From Chara braunii (Eukaryota > Plantae > Charophyceae): a stretch of DNA of 55,895 nucleotides. The stretch is taken from the NCBI GenBank assembly GCA_003427395.1, contig BFEA01000038.1, positions 2,882,167 to 2,938,061 of the forward strand, written 5' to 3'. The notes below the pieces were generated by a model, which searched no databases, was not told the DNA's origin, and worked only from the letters and a program-made list of their open reading frames with translations. This document shows positions 10,931 to 23,055 of this stretch, piece after piece; position 1 is the stretch's first letter; each line of letters opens with the position of its first letter. The position numbers and the translations under genes are program-made.

Positions 10931-13900
10931 GTGAAACATGGGGTGTTGCAAGTCAAGCACCTCTGGGAGGAGAATAGTCGGAGATGGAAGACATGCAAAG
11001 AACTCGGAACACAACTGAAGGGCAGTCACATACTAGAGGAACATCTTAGCGACTTGGTTAAGGCCATCCCACAAGAATGGTCAAGATTGTTGTGCAAGGA
11101 ATCCCTGTGGGGATTAGGGGACTGGGCCACATGGAAGCAGGAAGAAGAACCGCAGAATGCATTCAGAATCTGGAACCAGGATCCGCTAAGGAAGGAATGG
11201 GCGGTTGCAGAGATGTATGAGATCAAGCACCCGGGAAGCACTACTAGCCAGTTAGACCAGAAAACCAAAACTCCGATCTCTATCTAACTGCAACACATAC
11301 GCAAAGTAAGAGTGGTGGAGTCTGATGAGTTCACAATCTTCAATCCAACTACGCCATTGGAGGACTTGGAAGTAGATCCTGCAGAATGGGCATGGAATCT
11401 CAAAGGAGGAAGATTAGGTGTGACCAGAAGAATTAACATCCTAAACTATACTACGAGAATTGGCTACAGGCTGAGAAGAAGGTCTTATCCACTAGCCCCC
11501 GCATTGTCCAAGCGGTGGGAGAATAAAGTGGGAGTGACACCGGAGCAGCTACCCAAAATATCGTGGCCACAATTTTATTTTTTATTTTTATTTTTTTTAA
11601 TGGACAAATGCTCCAGTCTATTCGTGGGGAGCAACAAGTGCCGGGAGCCGGGCCCAACGTCCCATATAGAATTATACAAATGATTTGAAATACCAGGGCC
11701 ATTACCTGGCTTCGGCGAAGAACAATCTGAGAACCATGAAGAAGATTCTAGAAAATTAAGGAAAAACATGGATAACCGCTGACCTATTGCTAGGCTAACT
11801 TGGAGAGAAGGGAGAGCGGGGGGTCAAAACTGAAACTGCCTACTGTCCAAAACTTCCCCCCTCAACAGACGGAACGTAGGTCTAGGCTTATAGTCCTCGT
11901 CCAGAACTCACTTGATCTTCATACCCCCTTCTGCTAGGGTAATAGGGCGCCACAACCTTCACCAGTACCGACCAACCTAGTTCTGACGGACAGGAAATGC
12001 CTTCCTCCCTCGACATTTCCCTTAGCAGCAAGCCCCTGACACAGGTTACAGGGTTAATACCCCGGTGCCATCTACGTCGAACGGTCTGGTTATGCCTTCC
12101 ACCCTCGGCATAACTCCACAGGCCTCAAGCTCCCCCTAGGTCACATAGCAAATGCTCCAGCACCGGCCTGTGTCGTCCCAGCATCGTCCTTCTAACCTAC
12201 TTACCTTAACACACAACCTTCCCCTGTTGAGGACCCCCTTACTACCTTCCATCCTCCAATTCTAGCTCCCCCCTTCCCTCCTTTTTTGAGATACCAGGGC
12301 CACCCTCTTTTTTTTAAGAGAATCTTGGCTAAGAACAATCTGAGAACTACAAAAAGAGTTCAGGAGACTTAAGTTTTTTAAAACAATCTGAGAATTTCGG
12401 CTAAGAACAATCTGAGAACTACGAAAGGAATAACTGTTGTCCTACCGACCTATTGCTAGGTTACTCGGTCTGCAGTTACTAAGTCTTTTTGTTTTTGAAA
12501 ATATCTGGAAAGACTTGGAAAACTATATGAGCGGGGGGTCAAAACTGAAACAACCTACTATCGAGAAACCCCCCTTACTGTCCAGGCTTTCAGTCCACGT
12601 ACCAGAACTCACTTGATCTCATACCCCCTTCATGCTAGGGTAACAGGGCACCACAACCTTCCCCAGTAGTGACCAACCTAGTTCTGACAGACAGGAAGTG
12701 CCTTCCTCCCTCGACACTTCCTTTAACGGCAAGCCCCTGACACAGGTTACAGGGTTAATACCCCGGCGCCCGCTACTTCGAACGATCTGGTTATGCTTTC
12801 CACCCTCAGCATAACTCCACAGGCCTCAAGCCCCCTAAGGTCACAAAGCAAAAGCTCCAGCACCGGCTTGCGTCGTCCCAGCTTCGTTCTTCTGACCTAC
12901 TTGCCTAACAAACATTCCTCTATTGAGAGCCTCCTGACTAGATCCCATCCTCCAGTTCTAACCCCCCCCCCCCTGCCCTCCTTCGGAAAAAAATGGACTC
13001 AGACAAAAGCAGAGAAAACCCCTTCTACCCCCACAAAACGAGAGGGAGGGAGGGAAAAATCACCCCTCATCCTGTGGTGAATCCGGTGTCTATTCGGAGC
13101 TCAACTATTCATGAAGAACTCACAAAAACTTCCCGAGATTACTCCTCCCTCAAAAACATCCCTGTCCTTACACTGCCTCCGCCGGAGGGTGCCCCCTCAC
13201 CACACCGGCCCCAGTGCAGAACAACCCCCTAAACAGTCATTCCTGCTCCCTCAGCAGCATACTATTCCCCCTAGAGTATGCCCCCGCAGAGCTGGAGTTC
13301 CCCCTTTCCTCCTGTCCCACCCCCTCCCAGTGAAACAGCCCTCTCTACCTCTCCTCTTGCTAAATTCAGCACCCCTTGTCTATCCTCCCCAACCGCCATA
13401 CTGATCTGACCCGAAAATCAGCACGGCCCAGAAAAGGACAATCCCACAAAACCGCCCCTACCCTCTCAACATGATACGCACTGGAAAAGTCAGAAGCTTG
13501 CAATGGCTAATCTCCCACGTGGCACTTCCGGTAAACAACTGGCTAAACGAGCGCAGGAGTCGAGCACAGAGGGATCCCGCCAACGCACAGTGTGTAGTCT
13601 GCCGGGAGAAGATCCCAGAAACAATGTTACATTGTCTTCTGACGTGCCCAGAGGCAGAGGCCGTATGGGAGAAAGCCAAGTCCCTTTGGGGTCAAATCAC
13701 GTTGTCACCATTCCCAGGGAGTAAGGCAACTATAGTCCTAGGCCACGAGCTGCCAAGAAACTGGAGGCCATTCGAGAAGACCATATCTCAGCTAATAAGG
13801 CAGTATACCCTTTGGGCAATATGGGAGAGACGCTGTCAGATTACTATTGAAAAGCGACCAATGCATCAGCAAGAGGCATGTGGGATTCTCTATAATTTAC

Positions 13901-14118
13901 TAGAAACAGACCTCTGCGCACAATGGAAACGAGTACGGAGACAGATCCACCAATGCCCAGACCGAGAGAAGGAGCTAAAGGCCCATTTCACCAAAGGGTG
14001 CTCGGCCACGGAAAAGTGGCAGCTATACGAGACTCCAGGCTACAGTTTACTTGGAGAGGAACAGGACACTAAAATGAACAATTCTAGTAATTTAAGTAAG
14101 TCAAGCTTAGGTAGGTAA
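10931..14118 (+). pseudogene. LINE-A ORF2 C-terminal part (zf-RVT), split by the 11573-13464 insertion
   Basis: KHGVLQVKHLW, DPAEWAW, RSLQWLIS, CVVC..ETMLHCLLTC; homologous to 52729-54168. Confidence 0.85.
11573..13464 (-). mobile_element. Two stacked LINE 3'-UTR fragments inserted antisense into LINE-A
   Basis: T-rich tail at 11573-11598; ~500-bp direct repeat 11780-12290 / 12445-12990; tail matches 22885-23055; host ORF resumes at about 13465 (ISWPQ|LNMIR). Confidence 0.75.
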
Positions 14119-14759
14119 GGTTCATAAGTCACATAAATTTTTAACGAGGATTGAGTAGAGTCTTAAAACATAGGACGTAGTCAGACAGAGGGGTAGAACG
14201 GAAGGAGAAACGATAGCAGTAGGGTTTAGAGTTTAAGGGGAGGATAGCTGGAAAGTGAGAGGGGAGGGAGAAGTTGGGTAGTGGTAACCTGGGGGTAGGA
14301 TGGTCAGTTCTTTTGGCTCCAAAATGCAACCTAGAGACAGGCTGGCAGTTTCTTTCATCTATTGCGATTTGTCTTTTGTTAACCCAACTTCGTCCCTGTT
14401 CAGGAAGAGCATGTAGCTTGGCAGGAGAAAGAGACACTGGACCTGGTTTCCAGTATGAGCCTAATCTGGGTAATGGCCCGTCTTCCGGGTTGAGTTGTGG
14501 AGGGATTCCCGGCCTCCTTTTGCATTATATATAATAATGCATGCTATTTGTTAATAGAAACAAAAAATTGACCCACTTTTTGGCCCAACCAGAATTCCGG
14601 TTGGACCACCGGGGGTCCAACCGGCCCAGTTGGATCCGGCCCGGTCCAACTGGCCGGTTGCCGGCACAGCCATGGTATCAACTAAAAAAAAGAAATAAAA
14701 GAGGGGGAAAAAAGAGTGCCCTTTGCCAAACGAAAGAAGGAAAGGGTAGACAGCATGAG

Positions 14760-14795
<36 letters not shown>

Positions 14796-15790
14796 NNNNN
14801 NNNNNNNNNNNNNNNNNNNNNNNNNNNNNNNNNNNNNNNNNNNNNNNNNNNNNNNNNNNNNNNNNNNNNNNNNNNNNNNNNNNNNNNNNNNNNNNNNNNN
14901 NNNNNNNNNNNNNNNNNNNNNNNNNNNNNNNNNNNNNNNNNNNNNNNNNNNNNNNNNNNNNNNNNNNNNNNNNNNNNNNNNNNNNNNNNNNNNNNNNNNN
15001 NNNNNNNNNNNNNNNNNNNNNNNNNNNNNNNNNNNNNNNNNNNNNNNNNNNNNNNNNNNNNNNNNNNNNNNNNNNNNNNNNNNNNNNNNNNNNNNNNNNN
15101 NNNNNNNNNNNNNNNNNNNNNNNNNNNNNNNNNNNNNNNNNNNNNNNNNNNNNNNNNNNNNNNNNNNNNNNNNNNNNNNNNNNNNNNNNNNNNNNNNNNN
15201 NNNNNNNNNNNNNNNNNNNNNNNNNNNNNNNNNNNNNNNNNNNNNNNNNNNNNNNNNNNNNNNNNNNNNNNNNNNNNNNNNNNNNNNNNNNNNNNNNNNN
15301 NNNNNNNNNNNNNNNNNNNNNNNNNNNNNNNNNNNNNNNNNNNNNNNNNNNNNNNNNNNNNNNNNNNNNNNNNNNNNNNNNNNNNNNNNNNNNNNNNNNN
15401 NNNNNNNNNNNNNNNNNNNNNNNNNNNNNNNNNNNNNNNNNNNNNNNNNNNNNNNNNNNNNNNNNNNNNNNNNNNNNNNNNNNNNNNNNNNNNNNNNNNN
15501 NNNNNNNNNNNNNNNNNNNNNNNNNNNNNNNNNNNNNNNNNNNNNNNNNNNNNNNNNNNNNNNNNNNNNNNNNNNNNNNNNNNNNNNNNNNNNNNNNNNN
15601 NNNNNNNNNNNNNNNNNNNNNNNNNNNNNNNNNNNNNNNNNNNNNNNNNNNNNNNNNNNNNNNNNNNNNNNNNNNNNNNNNNNNNNNNNNNNNNNNNNNN
15701 NNNNNNNNNNNNNNNNNNNNNNNNNNNNNNNNNNNNNNNNNNNNNNNNNNNNNNNNNNNNNNNNNNNNNNNNNNNNNNNNNNNNNNNNNN
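14796..15790. other. Assembly gap (N), flanked by (CA)n and (GA)n
   Basis: N run; other gaps at 28974-29713, 42503-42677 and 49865-50119. Confidence 1.
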
Positions 15791-15881
<91 letters not shown>

Positions 15882-16189
15882 AGCGCCCAAAGTATTGAGA
15901 GGATTGGCTGCTTCTGAACTCTGGTGATAGCGGCCATAACAACATGTATTCAATTTCCTCTTTTTGTATAATAATAAACTTAAATAAAGGCATCGGTGGT
16001 CAACGACGCTTCTGGTTCGGTTCGGTTTGGTTTTGATTCGGTTGGATCATTGTTACACGCACGTCTGCATAGAGGTTTGGTCGTCGTATGTTCTTGATGC
16101 GGAAGGTTGACGACTGTTCTCGTTTGGTTCAGTTTGGTTCAGTGCGGTTTGGTTTCGGCTCCGGTTTGATCACTGTTACACGCAAGGTT

Positions 16190-16610
16190 CTTAGTACAAG
16201 GACGAGTTTATGGTACGGTTCATTCCTAGTGGTTGCGGTTATCAGCGGCTGATTTCGTCGGTCTCTTTCAGTGGTTCTAGGTGGGAGATTTTCGGGCATG
16301 ATTTCACGTGTTGTTGCTTCTTGATTCTGTTGGCCAGCGATGGTGGCCTCGATCCTCATTTTGCATGGCACATGAATCGGTACTTCTCGCACGGCTCTAA
16401 GTACAAGGATGAGTTTATGATGATGCGTTTATGGTACGGGTCATTCCTAGTGGTTGCAGTTCTCAGCGCCACTCTGGTCGGTCTCTCTCAGTGCTTCTTG
16501 GTGGGAGATTTTCGGGCACAATTTCACATGTTGTTGCTTCTGGATTCCGTTGGTTATCGATGGTGGCCTTGATTATATTTTGCGTCGCACTTGACGAAGT
16601 GGTACTTTTC
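16190..16610 (+). repeat. Tandem duplication of a ~210-bp unit next to GGTTC/GGTTT-rich repeats
   Basis: AGTACAAGGA..TTTATGGTACGG..CATTCCTAGTGGTTGC..GTGGGAGATTTTCGGGCA occurs twice. Confidence 0.75.
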
Positions 16611-17722
16611 ATGGGATGATTGTTTCGGGTCCAACTTGCGGTTGTTTTCATGGGTCGGTTTCGTTTCAGAACTTCAACAAGAGAGGCGGATAGAGGTGGA
16701 ACTGCCAAGCAGCGAACCCAATAGGGGATGGGGATGATGGATGATGGCGAGCTTGAGTGATGATGAACTGTGATTCGCCACGCTTTGGGTTTTGAATACT
16801 GCTTGACAGTCTCGGCAGTTGAGGGATGGTGAGGGAGGCACACATTTTGCGAAGAGGTAGTGACTGTGAGGAGAAGTATGAGCACCAATGTGCGTTCTAA
16901 GGTCGGATTCGGTTCCGAGGCCTCTTTCCGGTGATCGTAGGTGGTCACATATATATGCTCGCGGTCTGCTGACTACCTTACTCTTGTCGCCGTGAATACG
17001 GTGTTGTCTGTTTTGGAACTATATTTCCAGCAAACTAAAAAGAAAAAGAAAAAAAAGAAGAAGAAAGACATCGGTGGTGGTTCTCTAAGTTCTCTTCTCC
17101 ATGCATGCTGATCTGGGGTATAATGTTGGGTTGTGAAGTCTCGGTGAACATAGAGTGTGCTTGGAGTTGTGTATCGAGTGCCTGCAGCTGTGGTTCATTG
17201 TGTGTCTGTGGTGCATATGATATATGGGCAATGACATACATTCGCTGGAGTGGCTTCCTGGCTCAGCAGGTGGTGGGAACCAGCAGCCAGTGGGGTTCAC
17301 TTCTGGTGTGAGTAGGTGAGGAGCTGCTTTGGTCCGTGTTGGATGAGTTGACGGCCTTGTCTTCGCTCCTCCGCTGCCTTGCCAGCCATCCCGCTTCCCA
17401 TGTCTTTCCTTGCAGCTGGTTTGTTTGCTGTGTAGCTCGGCTGCTTTCTTGGTACGGACTCGTGCTTCGCTGCACTGTTGGCCTGTTGCCTTGCTGGACA
17501 TATACGCGCCTTGTGTTTCCGTACAATGTGTTTGTGTGTTGTGTAGTTTGGTTGCTTTGTTGATGATGCCTTGTTCTTCGATGTGCTGTTGCCTAGCTGC
17601 CCAGTCTTTCTTGGCGGCGCACTTGTTTGCCTTGTAGTTTGGTTGCTTTGTCGGCGCTGCCTTATGTTTCACTGCATCATTGCTTCGCTGATTGTGCTGC
17701 AGTCCGTTTGGTTTCAGTTATT

Positions 17723-17770
17723 ATTGAGGGTTCAGCCTGCTGACGAGTGGGTGCAAGTCCACGCAACAAT
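17723..17770 (+). ncRNA. Degenerate hammerhead-like remnant
   Basis: AGGG-TTCAG-CCTG CTGACGA GTGGG..TCCAC GCAAC AAT; GAAA is mutated to GCAA and there is no intact NUH. Confidence 0.35.
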
Positions 17771-18804
17771 CCATGGTCATCAGTTCTATTTTCTTTTGCT
17801 CTTCGTTGTATTGCTGCTGTTTTTGCAGCTACCGGTACTTTGTGCATTTTCCCTCACTGCGTTGTGCCTTGTGCTGTTTGTCTGCCCATTCACCTCGCCC
17901 CTGCTGCTTGTCGTCCAGCACACTGTTGGCTCCCCTCCCTTTGCCCTACTGCCTTTAGCTTTGCTGCCTTATCTTTCCATGTTGCCGGAGTTGCAGCCTG
18001 TTGCCTTACCGCCTTTTGCCGTGCTGCCTTTGGATTGCTTCCTTTTGCCTTGCAGCTTTATGCCTTCGCCGCTTGTGCTTTGCTGCCTGTCCCTCCCTAC
18101 CTTGTGCTGCTGGTCTATATCAGGTGCTGTTTCTCGCTATAAGCAGAGTCTTTTGAGAAATCGTAATGCATCTTTCTAGCTCTTCGACTATGCCCTTCAT
18201 TGTGACTTGTCTAGGATTGCAGACCTTCCTTCTTTTTTCGGTCTTTCATGTACGCACTTGTCCATGCAATTCACCACGATATGATCGTGGAGGCTTCTTC
18301 CCCCATCAAACACACATGCACACACACAAACACACCCCTCCCCCCTCGACCCCCTCTTCCCTCCTTTCCCACAGGCACACGCACGGCATTTGCCAGCGTG
18401 ACACTCCTCATCGTGAACAGTAACCCTTCCCTCCCCTCTTTGCATGCTGCATCTTGGGACCCCCCTTCATGCTACACACATCCCTTTCCTTCATGTTTTG
18501 TGTGGAAAGCATTTTGTGCATCATTTACCCCCTCCCCCTTCTTGTATGTAAAGCATCTCATCAATCCCCCTTGGATTGCAGACATGTCCGCTCGCCTCCT
18601 TGGGGTATCCACAGACATGTTTGTAGCCCCGGCACTCTCAATAGACATGTTCGCCAGACATATCCGTACGCCCAGGGGGAGATGATAGCTGACACAGCCA
18701 TTTGTCCGCTAGACATGTCACTCTTGAACACCTGCATTTCTGGGGTTGTTTGCCGAATGTCCGCTGGTAACTATGCTTCTGAGACAAGGGACGTGAAAAC
18801 TCAC

Positions 18805-18883
18805 CTCGTGCTTGCATCGTGTCCCAGCATTCTTCCCGAATCCGTTTACGTACTAACATTTTCTTTGCGTTTTGCAGCATCAT
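18805..18883 (-). CDS. CFAP43: CFAP43-like exon (5th in window), phase 0 to 1
   Basis: ctcccAG|ATG..CGA G|GTgagt; MMLQNAKKMLVRKRIREECWDTMQAR (the I.EECW..M motif recalls CFAP43). Confidence 0.85.
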
Positions 18884-19263
18884 CTGGGAGAAACAGAGAA
18901 GATAGCACAATATGGCCAATCATAATCGAGTAGAATGGCTGCCACCAATGTGAACCTGCTTGTTCGAAGCGGAAAAGAGGGCTCCACTGACATGAAGGAC
19001 TCACCTGACCCATCTTCCAACCTGTCCTCATCGCCAGGCTGAACTTGACAAAGTGTTCGTTATACACGGACAATTTTGCTCGAGCTGGCAGTCTGAAGGA
19101 AACTGAACACAAAATATGTGAGGCTTTACTTTCACACAGGATGCAGTGTACATAGGTGAAGAACCTTTCGGTCGTGACATCTCTTTTCTTCCTCGTCCGC
19201 TTCGGCAATTTTGCTGAAATATACCACACAGCATCTTCCGAGGAGCTTTATCTCAGTGGGCTA

Positions 19264-19368
19264 TCGTCTTCCCCCGAATAGAACATATGGTCATTATGGC
19301 TGTATCTAGACTGGAAGTTGACCCAAATACAGGCATAACGACCGTACGTTCTATTCGGGGGAAGAAGG
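19264..19368. mobile_element. ~105-bp Tc1/Mariner-type MITE
   Basis: TIR ..GTCTTCCCCCGAATAGAAC; TA on both sides. Confidence 0.8.
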
Positions 19369-20059
19369 TAGCCAGAAAGGGGGTGCAAGCACTACGGGCG
19401 TCGTTAGACACTTCTCGGGGACGTGAAACCCAAAAGGACGAGCCCGTTCCACCTGTCCTTGGGGACGAAATTGAAAAAGAAATGTGAAAACGCCACAAGG
19501 AAACTTCCTTCTGGCGTCCTTGTGGCCCCAGCCAAAATTTCCTTATGGAGCTCAAAGAACCGTGATTCACGGAGTGGCGAAGACATGCGTTGACGGAGAG
19601 TTTCGGTTCTTGGATGGTCCAGATGTGGTCCAACGGCGTTAGCACGCACATCCCCGCCCTCCAACGCTGCGTAGTCCCCCAACGGCCCCCAAAGGCTACT
19701 GTTGGTGGTGGGCCTCCATCGGGTGGCGTCGTCGTTTTCGGCATCATGCGGTCTCCCGCGTTCAAGGAATGTCCGCAACAGTCGGGAAAATATTTTTTCC
19801 CCGGCGCCGCCTTCAGTCCGTCCACGGAAGAGGTTTCTGCACGAGCATCGTATTCCAACGCGTGTCGTCACGTGCTGCACGTCCGACAAGACTCTTGCCG
19901 TCGTGTGCTAGACGTCCGACAACAGACGTGGCATTGCTACCCTCTCCACCCTGCAGTTCATGGACGACCTGTACCGCAGGCTCTGTATGCTGCTCCTCGT
20001 CCCTGTGCTGCTTCTGGTCGTCCCTCTGCTGCTCCTTGGCGCTGTGCTGCTTCTCGTTG

Positions 20060-20280
20060 AATAGTCATCAGTGGCGCCGTCGCATTGTCGAAGGTCTTCC
20101 CACGTCCCCCCCCATCCTGCGTTTGATCCACCACCTCGGTGTCACTCGTCGAATGATGCCGCAACCCAACGTGTTGCACAGCTCAATGACAGCCTCCAAA
20201 GTTGCCACGTAGTTGGGGCCGTCATCCACAGCTTGCATCAGCGTCCTTCTTCTATGCGCGCGCAACTGCTCCTTCATTCA
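20060..20280 (-). pseudogene. Probable PIF/Harbinger transposase N-terminal fragment
   Basis: PRWWIKRR.GG, then a frameshift to TWEDLRQCDGATDDY; resembles, from memory, the region preceding the LRMS motif of charophyte Harbinger DDE proteins; not verified by search. Confidence 0.5.
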
Positions 20281-21219
20281 TCTCAGTGCCCTCTCCTGCT
20301 GACAACGAAGAACAACAGTTGACAAGGCCGCCACCACGGCTTCCCGCTCAAGCGGTGTCAATAGCGCACGTCCGCCCTCTCCGCCGCCCTCCATCGCCAC
20401 CACCTCCACAGGAATGACGTCTCTCCGCTGCCGTCTCGATACTCGCACCCCAGAGACTTAACCCGCTCACCCCTCGAGGAGAGGTACGAGAAGCTGCCGC
20501 CTTTCCGTGGATGCCGTCCCCCTGGCGGATCTGTGTGACGGCGCGGAGGACGTGGAGGAGAAGCTCGACGATGATGGAGGCACCTGGTGCACGCACGTAC
20601 ACTGACCGGGAGGTGGGCGGAAGGGATGTTGCTGCTAAGGCCAATTCAGCCCTGCACCGTCTGCGCACCACAAGCCGAACATCGTCATTGTCACCACAGC
20701 CATACTTCAAATTTTGAATTTCAAACATAGAGGTCCCCCTTTTTTATTTTATTTTCCGTGGCCTGCCTCATGCCCTTTCCCACCGGACGTCGCTGGACCA
20801 CGTCGTCCCCACACGGACACTGGACGCTGGGGCACGGACACCCCCGCCCGCGGCCACGTATTTTTGCATGAAAATGGCAGCGGGCAGGCCACAAGGATCG
20901 TCCTCAGGGGACGTCCCCAAGGATGTGTGGAACGACGCCGAAAATTTCCCTTGTGAGCCACAAGGAAAATTTCTTGTGGCTCAAGGAACTCATAAGGAGT
21001 GTCTAACGACACCCTACGTGTTAGGTTTTTTCGTTTCCTTTCAACACAAATCCCCTTTAAATTCTCGTGGGGACCACTCCTGACGGGCACAGAGAGAGCG
21101 TTCAGGAGAGTAATGAGGGATGGGACGGAAGGTGGAAAGCGGGAAACTAATTAAGGTACATGTACCCGTTCCTTTCCTTTCTGCAACTGTCCTGCCATAT
21201 CCTTCTGTCTCGAGTCCTA

Positions 21220-21326
21220 GCGTCTTCTCACCCAATTAGAACGCCCGGTCATTATAGCTGTATTTGGTGAAATTTTCAGTCAGATACGGCAATAGTTAGC
21301 AGTCGTTCTATATTGGGTGAAGACGG
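21220..21326. mobile_element. ~105-bp Tc1/Mariner-type MITE
   Basis: Same family as 19264, 34372 and 39958; TA flanks. Confidence 0.8.
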
Positions 21327-21573
21327 TAGTGTCCAACAAGTTGTCAGAGTTGTGAGTTGTGAGTTATGGGGAAGAAATGAGATAAGTTCTGTAGCTGCCC
21401 TAATGGGGAAGAATGCCCAGAGAAGTTGTGACCACAAAGTTTTGGAGAGCTGCAAACTGAAAACTGAAAACTGAAAACTGAAAACTGGAAACTGAAAACT
21501 GAAAACTGAAAACGGAATTGAGAACTAAAGAGTAAGGTAAGTGAGGGCATACTCACAGGAGGACTTTTTTTCC

Positions 21574-21926
21574 TTTTTTTTTTTTAAACAGGTCCTTATG
21601 GGCCCGGCTCCATTTCCATTCTGGGGAGCATCAGTCCGGTTCCTATTCCACCGGCAAGTCCATCATGAAACACACTCACGCTTCCTTCCGTCCGGCCGAA
21701 GGATCCCTGACCAGCATTGATTACTCCAACAACGTGGAGGATTGACTGTCAGCTTGCCTTACTTCCTCCTTTCCTCTCAGGTCTACTGTATGACCTGTCA
21801 GATAAATGATAAAAAGCAAGAAAGGTAAAAGAAGCCACTATACCTTTCTCGGCCTTTTGGCTAAGATCAAGTGTAGTATCTGTTGTGATCAGTTTAATAT
21901 CGGATTCGTGGTCCATCGGGCCACAT

Positions 21927-21963
<37 letters not shown>

Positions 21964-22170
21964 AGAAGCCACTGAAGATGCAAAATCGGATTACGCCCTC
22001 CAACATTATGCGACCTGTGACGAAGCTAGTCCTTCTGCAGGCCGGGAACTCTGCCTTCTCCTCCGTGCTTCTGAGTTCTGCCAGTCTTTCCTTTTTTTTT
22101 TCCGTCATCGCCACATGACCCTTTAGAATCTCTACCGTTCTGATCTCCACTTACCTTGACTTTGTGTAAT
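21574..22170 (-). mobile_element. 5'-truncated LINE-B family copy
   Basis: Reverse complement aligns with 54080-54480 (ORF2 end plus 3' UTR); poly(T) on the + strand; a second short tail lies at about 22400-22500. Confidence 0.85.
21840..21960 (+). pseudogene. U2: U2 snRNA 5' fragment retrocopy (88 nt plus poly(A))
   Basis: ATACCTTTCTCGGCCTTTTGGCTAAGATCAAGTGTAGTATCTG; TSD AAAAGAAGCCACT at 21827-21839 and 21961-21973. Confidence 0.95.
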
Positions 22171-22209
22171 CTCCAGCCCCTAATCCCCAAACCCTGCCAT
22201 ACGAACTGA

Positions 22210-22285
22210 CTAAACCCTAAAGCCTAAACCCTAAACCCTCCAACGCTAAGTCCTACCTCACGGGTCTGACTAAACCCTAAACCCT
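22210..22285 (+). repeat. Degenerate (TAAACCC)n interstitial telomere-like repeats
   Basis: About six imperfect units. Confidence 0.6.
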
Positions 22286-22881
22286 CCAACGCCCCCCTCC
22301 CTTTTCTATGGTAGCCTAAGATCCGGGGTATCCAACGGATCCCCCATGGGTATCCCTTGTTGTCCCTCTTGGAACCAATGGAAGACCAGCCTAACTCCCT
22401 TTTTTTTTTTTTTTTTTTTGAGGATCGACTGTCAGCTTGCACTGCTTCATCCTTTCCTCTCTGGTCAAATGCTATAACTCGTCATATAAAACATGACTCA
22501 CGAGAAAAGTCCTAGCAGATAGCAACGCCACCTGTTTTGTCTAAACTGTAAATCCCCTATATGAAGCCCATCAAAATTTTGCTATTCTGAAGAATCTGAA
22601 CCCTATTTGCCCCTTTTTCATTTCCGTTTCATCTCCTTCTTGGCTGGGCTCACTTTAATTTTTATGGACTTTTCTAAATGTATCTGACTGCATCTATGGC
22701 CGGACCCAGATGAATCTGACTGCAATTGTGTCCACAGCGTAGTGCAAAAGGTCCTAGCGTGAGTATGCCCTGAGAAAATCAGGGAAGACCTCAGGGTTGT
22801 CCAGTTGAGGGGGACCAAATTTTCTCTGGTCATGCACTGAATAGTCGTATCCTAAAACATACAACAACTTGAGGAATACCT

Positions 22882-22884
<3 letters not shown>

Positions 22885-22915
<31 letters not shown>

Positions 22916-23055
22916 AGAGAGAGAGAGAGACAATGCTCCAATCTATTCGTGGGGAGCAACACGGCTGGGAACCGGGCCCAGTGTCCCTTATCAGAATACA
23001 AAGATGAGCTACCGGGGCCATTACCCGGCTTCGGCTAAGACCAATTGAAGAACAA
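22885..23055 (-). mobile_element. LINE 3' tail fragment
   Basis: Poly(T) followed by sequence matching 11600-11735. Confidence 0.8.

Larger units (their letters stand above)
6132..14567 (+). mobile_element. LINE-A (Tx1/L1-like), degenerate, RT domain deleted
   Basis: TSD TTGACACACTTTT/TTGACCCACTTTT (6119-6131, 14568-14580); GC-rich 5' UTR, ORF1 zinc knuckle, APE endonuclease, zf-RVT C-terminus, A-rich end. Confidence 0.9.
4998..14674 (+). mobile_element. hAT-type non-autonomous element, interrupted by a NUMT and a LINE
   Basis: 8-bp TSD GTATCAAC (4990-4997, 14675-14682); ends CAGTGCTG/CAGCCATG; colinear with the uninterrupted copy at 38077-38829. Confidence 0.9.
21545..22770. mobile_element. 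Harbinger-type MITE expanded by nested retro-insertions
   Basis: TIR GGGCATACTCAC/GTGAGTATGCCC; TGA TSD at 21542-21544 and 22771-22773; same family as 317-738. Confidence 0.8.

Noticed and set aside
14541-15993. Long ORFs of 388-480 aa (similar ones at 42.3-42.9 kb and 49.8-50.3 kb)
   Set aside because: Artefacts of N gaps and dinucleotide microsatellites
22210-22285. Chromosome end or telomere healing site
   Set aside because: Few degenerate units inside nested repeats; similar TAAACCCT motifs occur in LINE 3' UTRs at about 27300 and 28040
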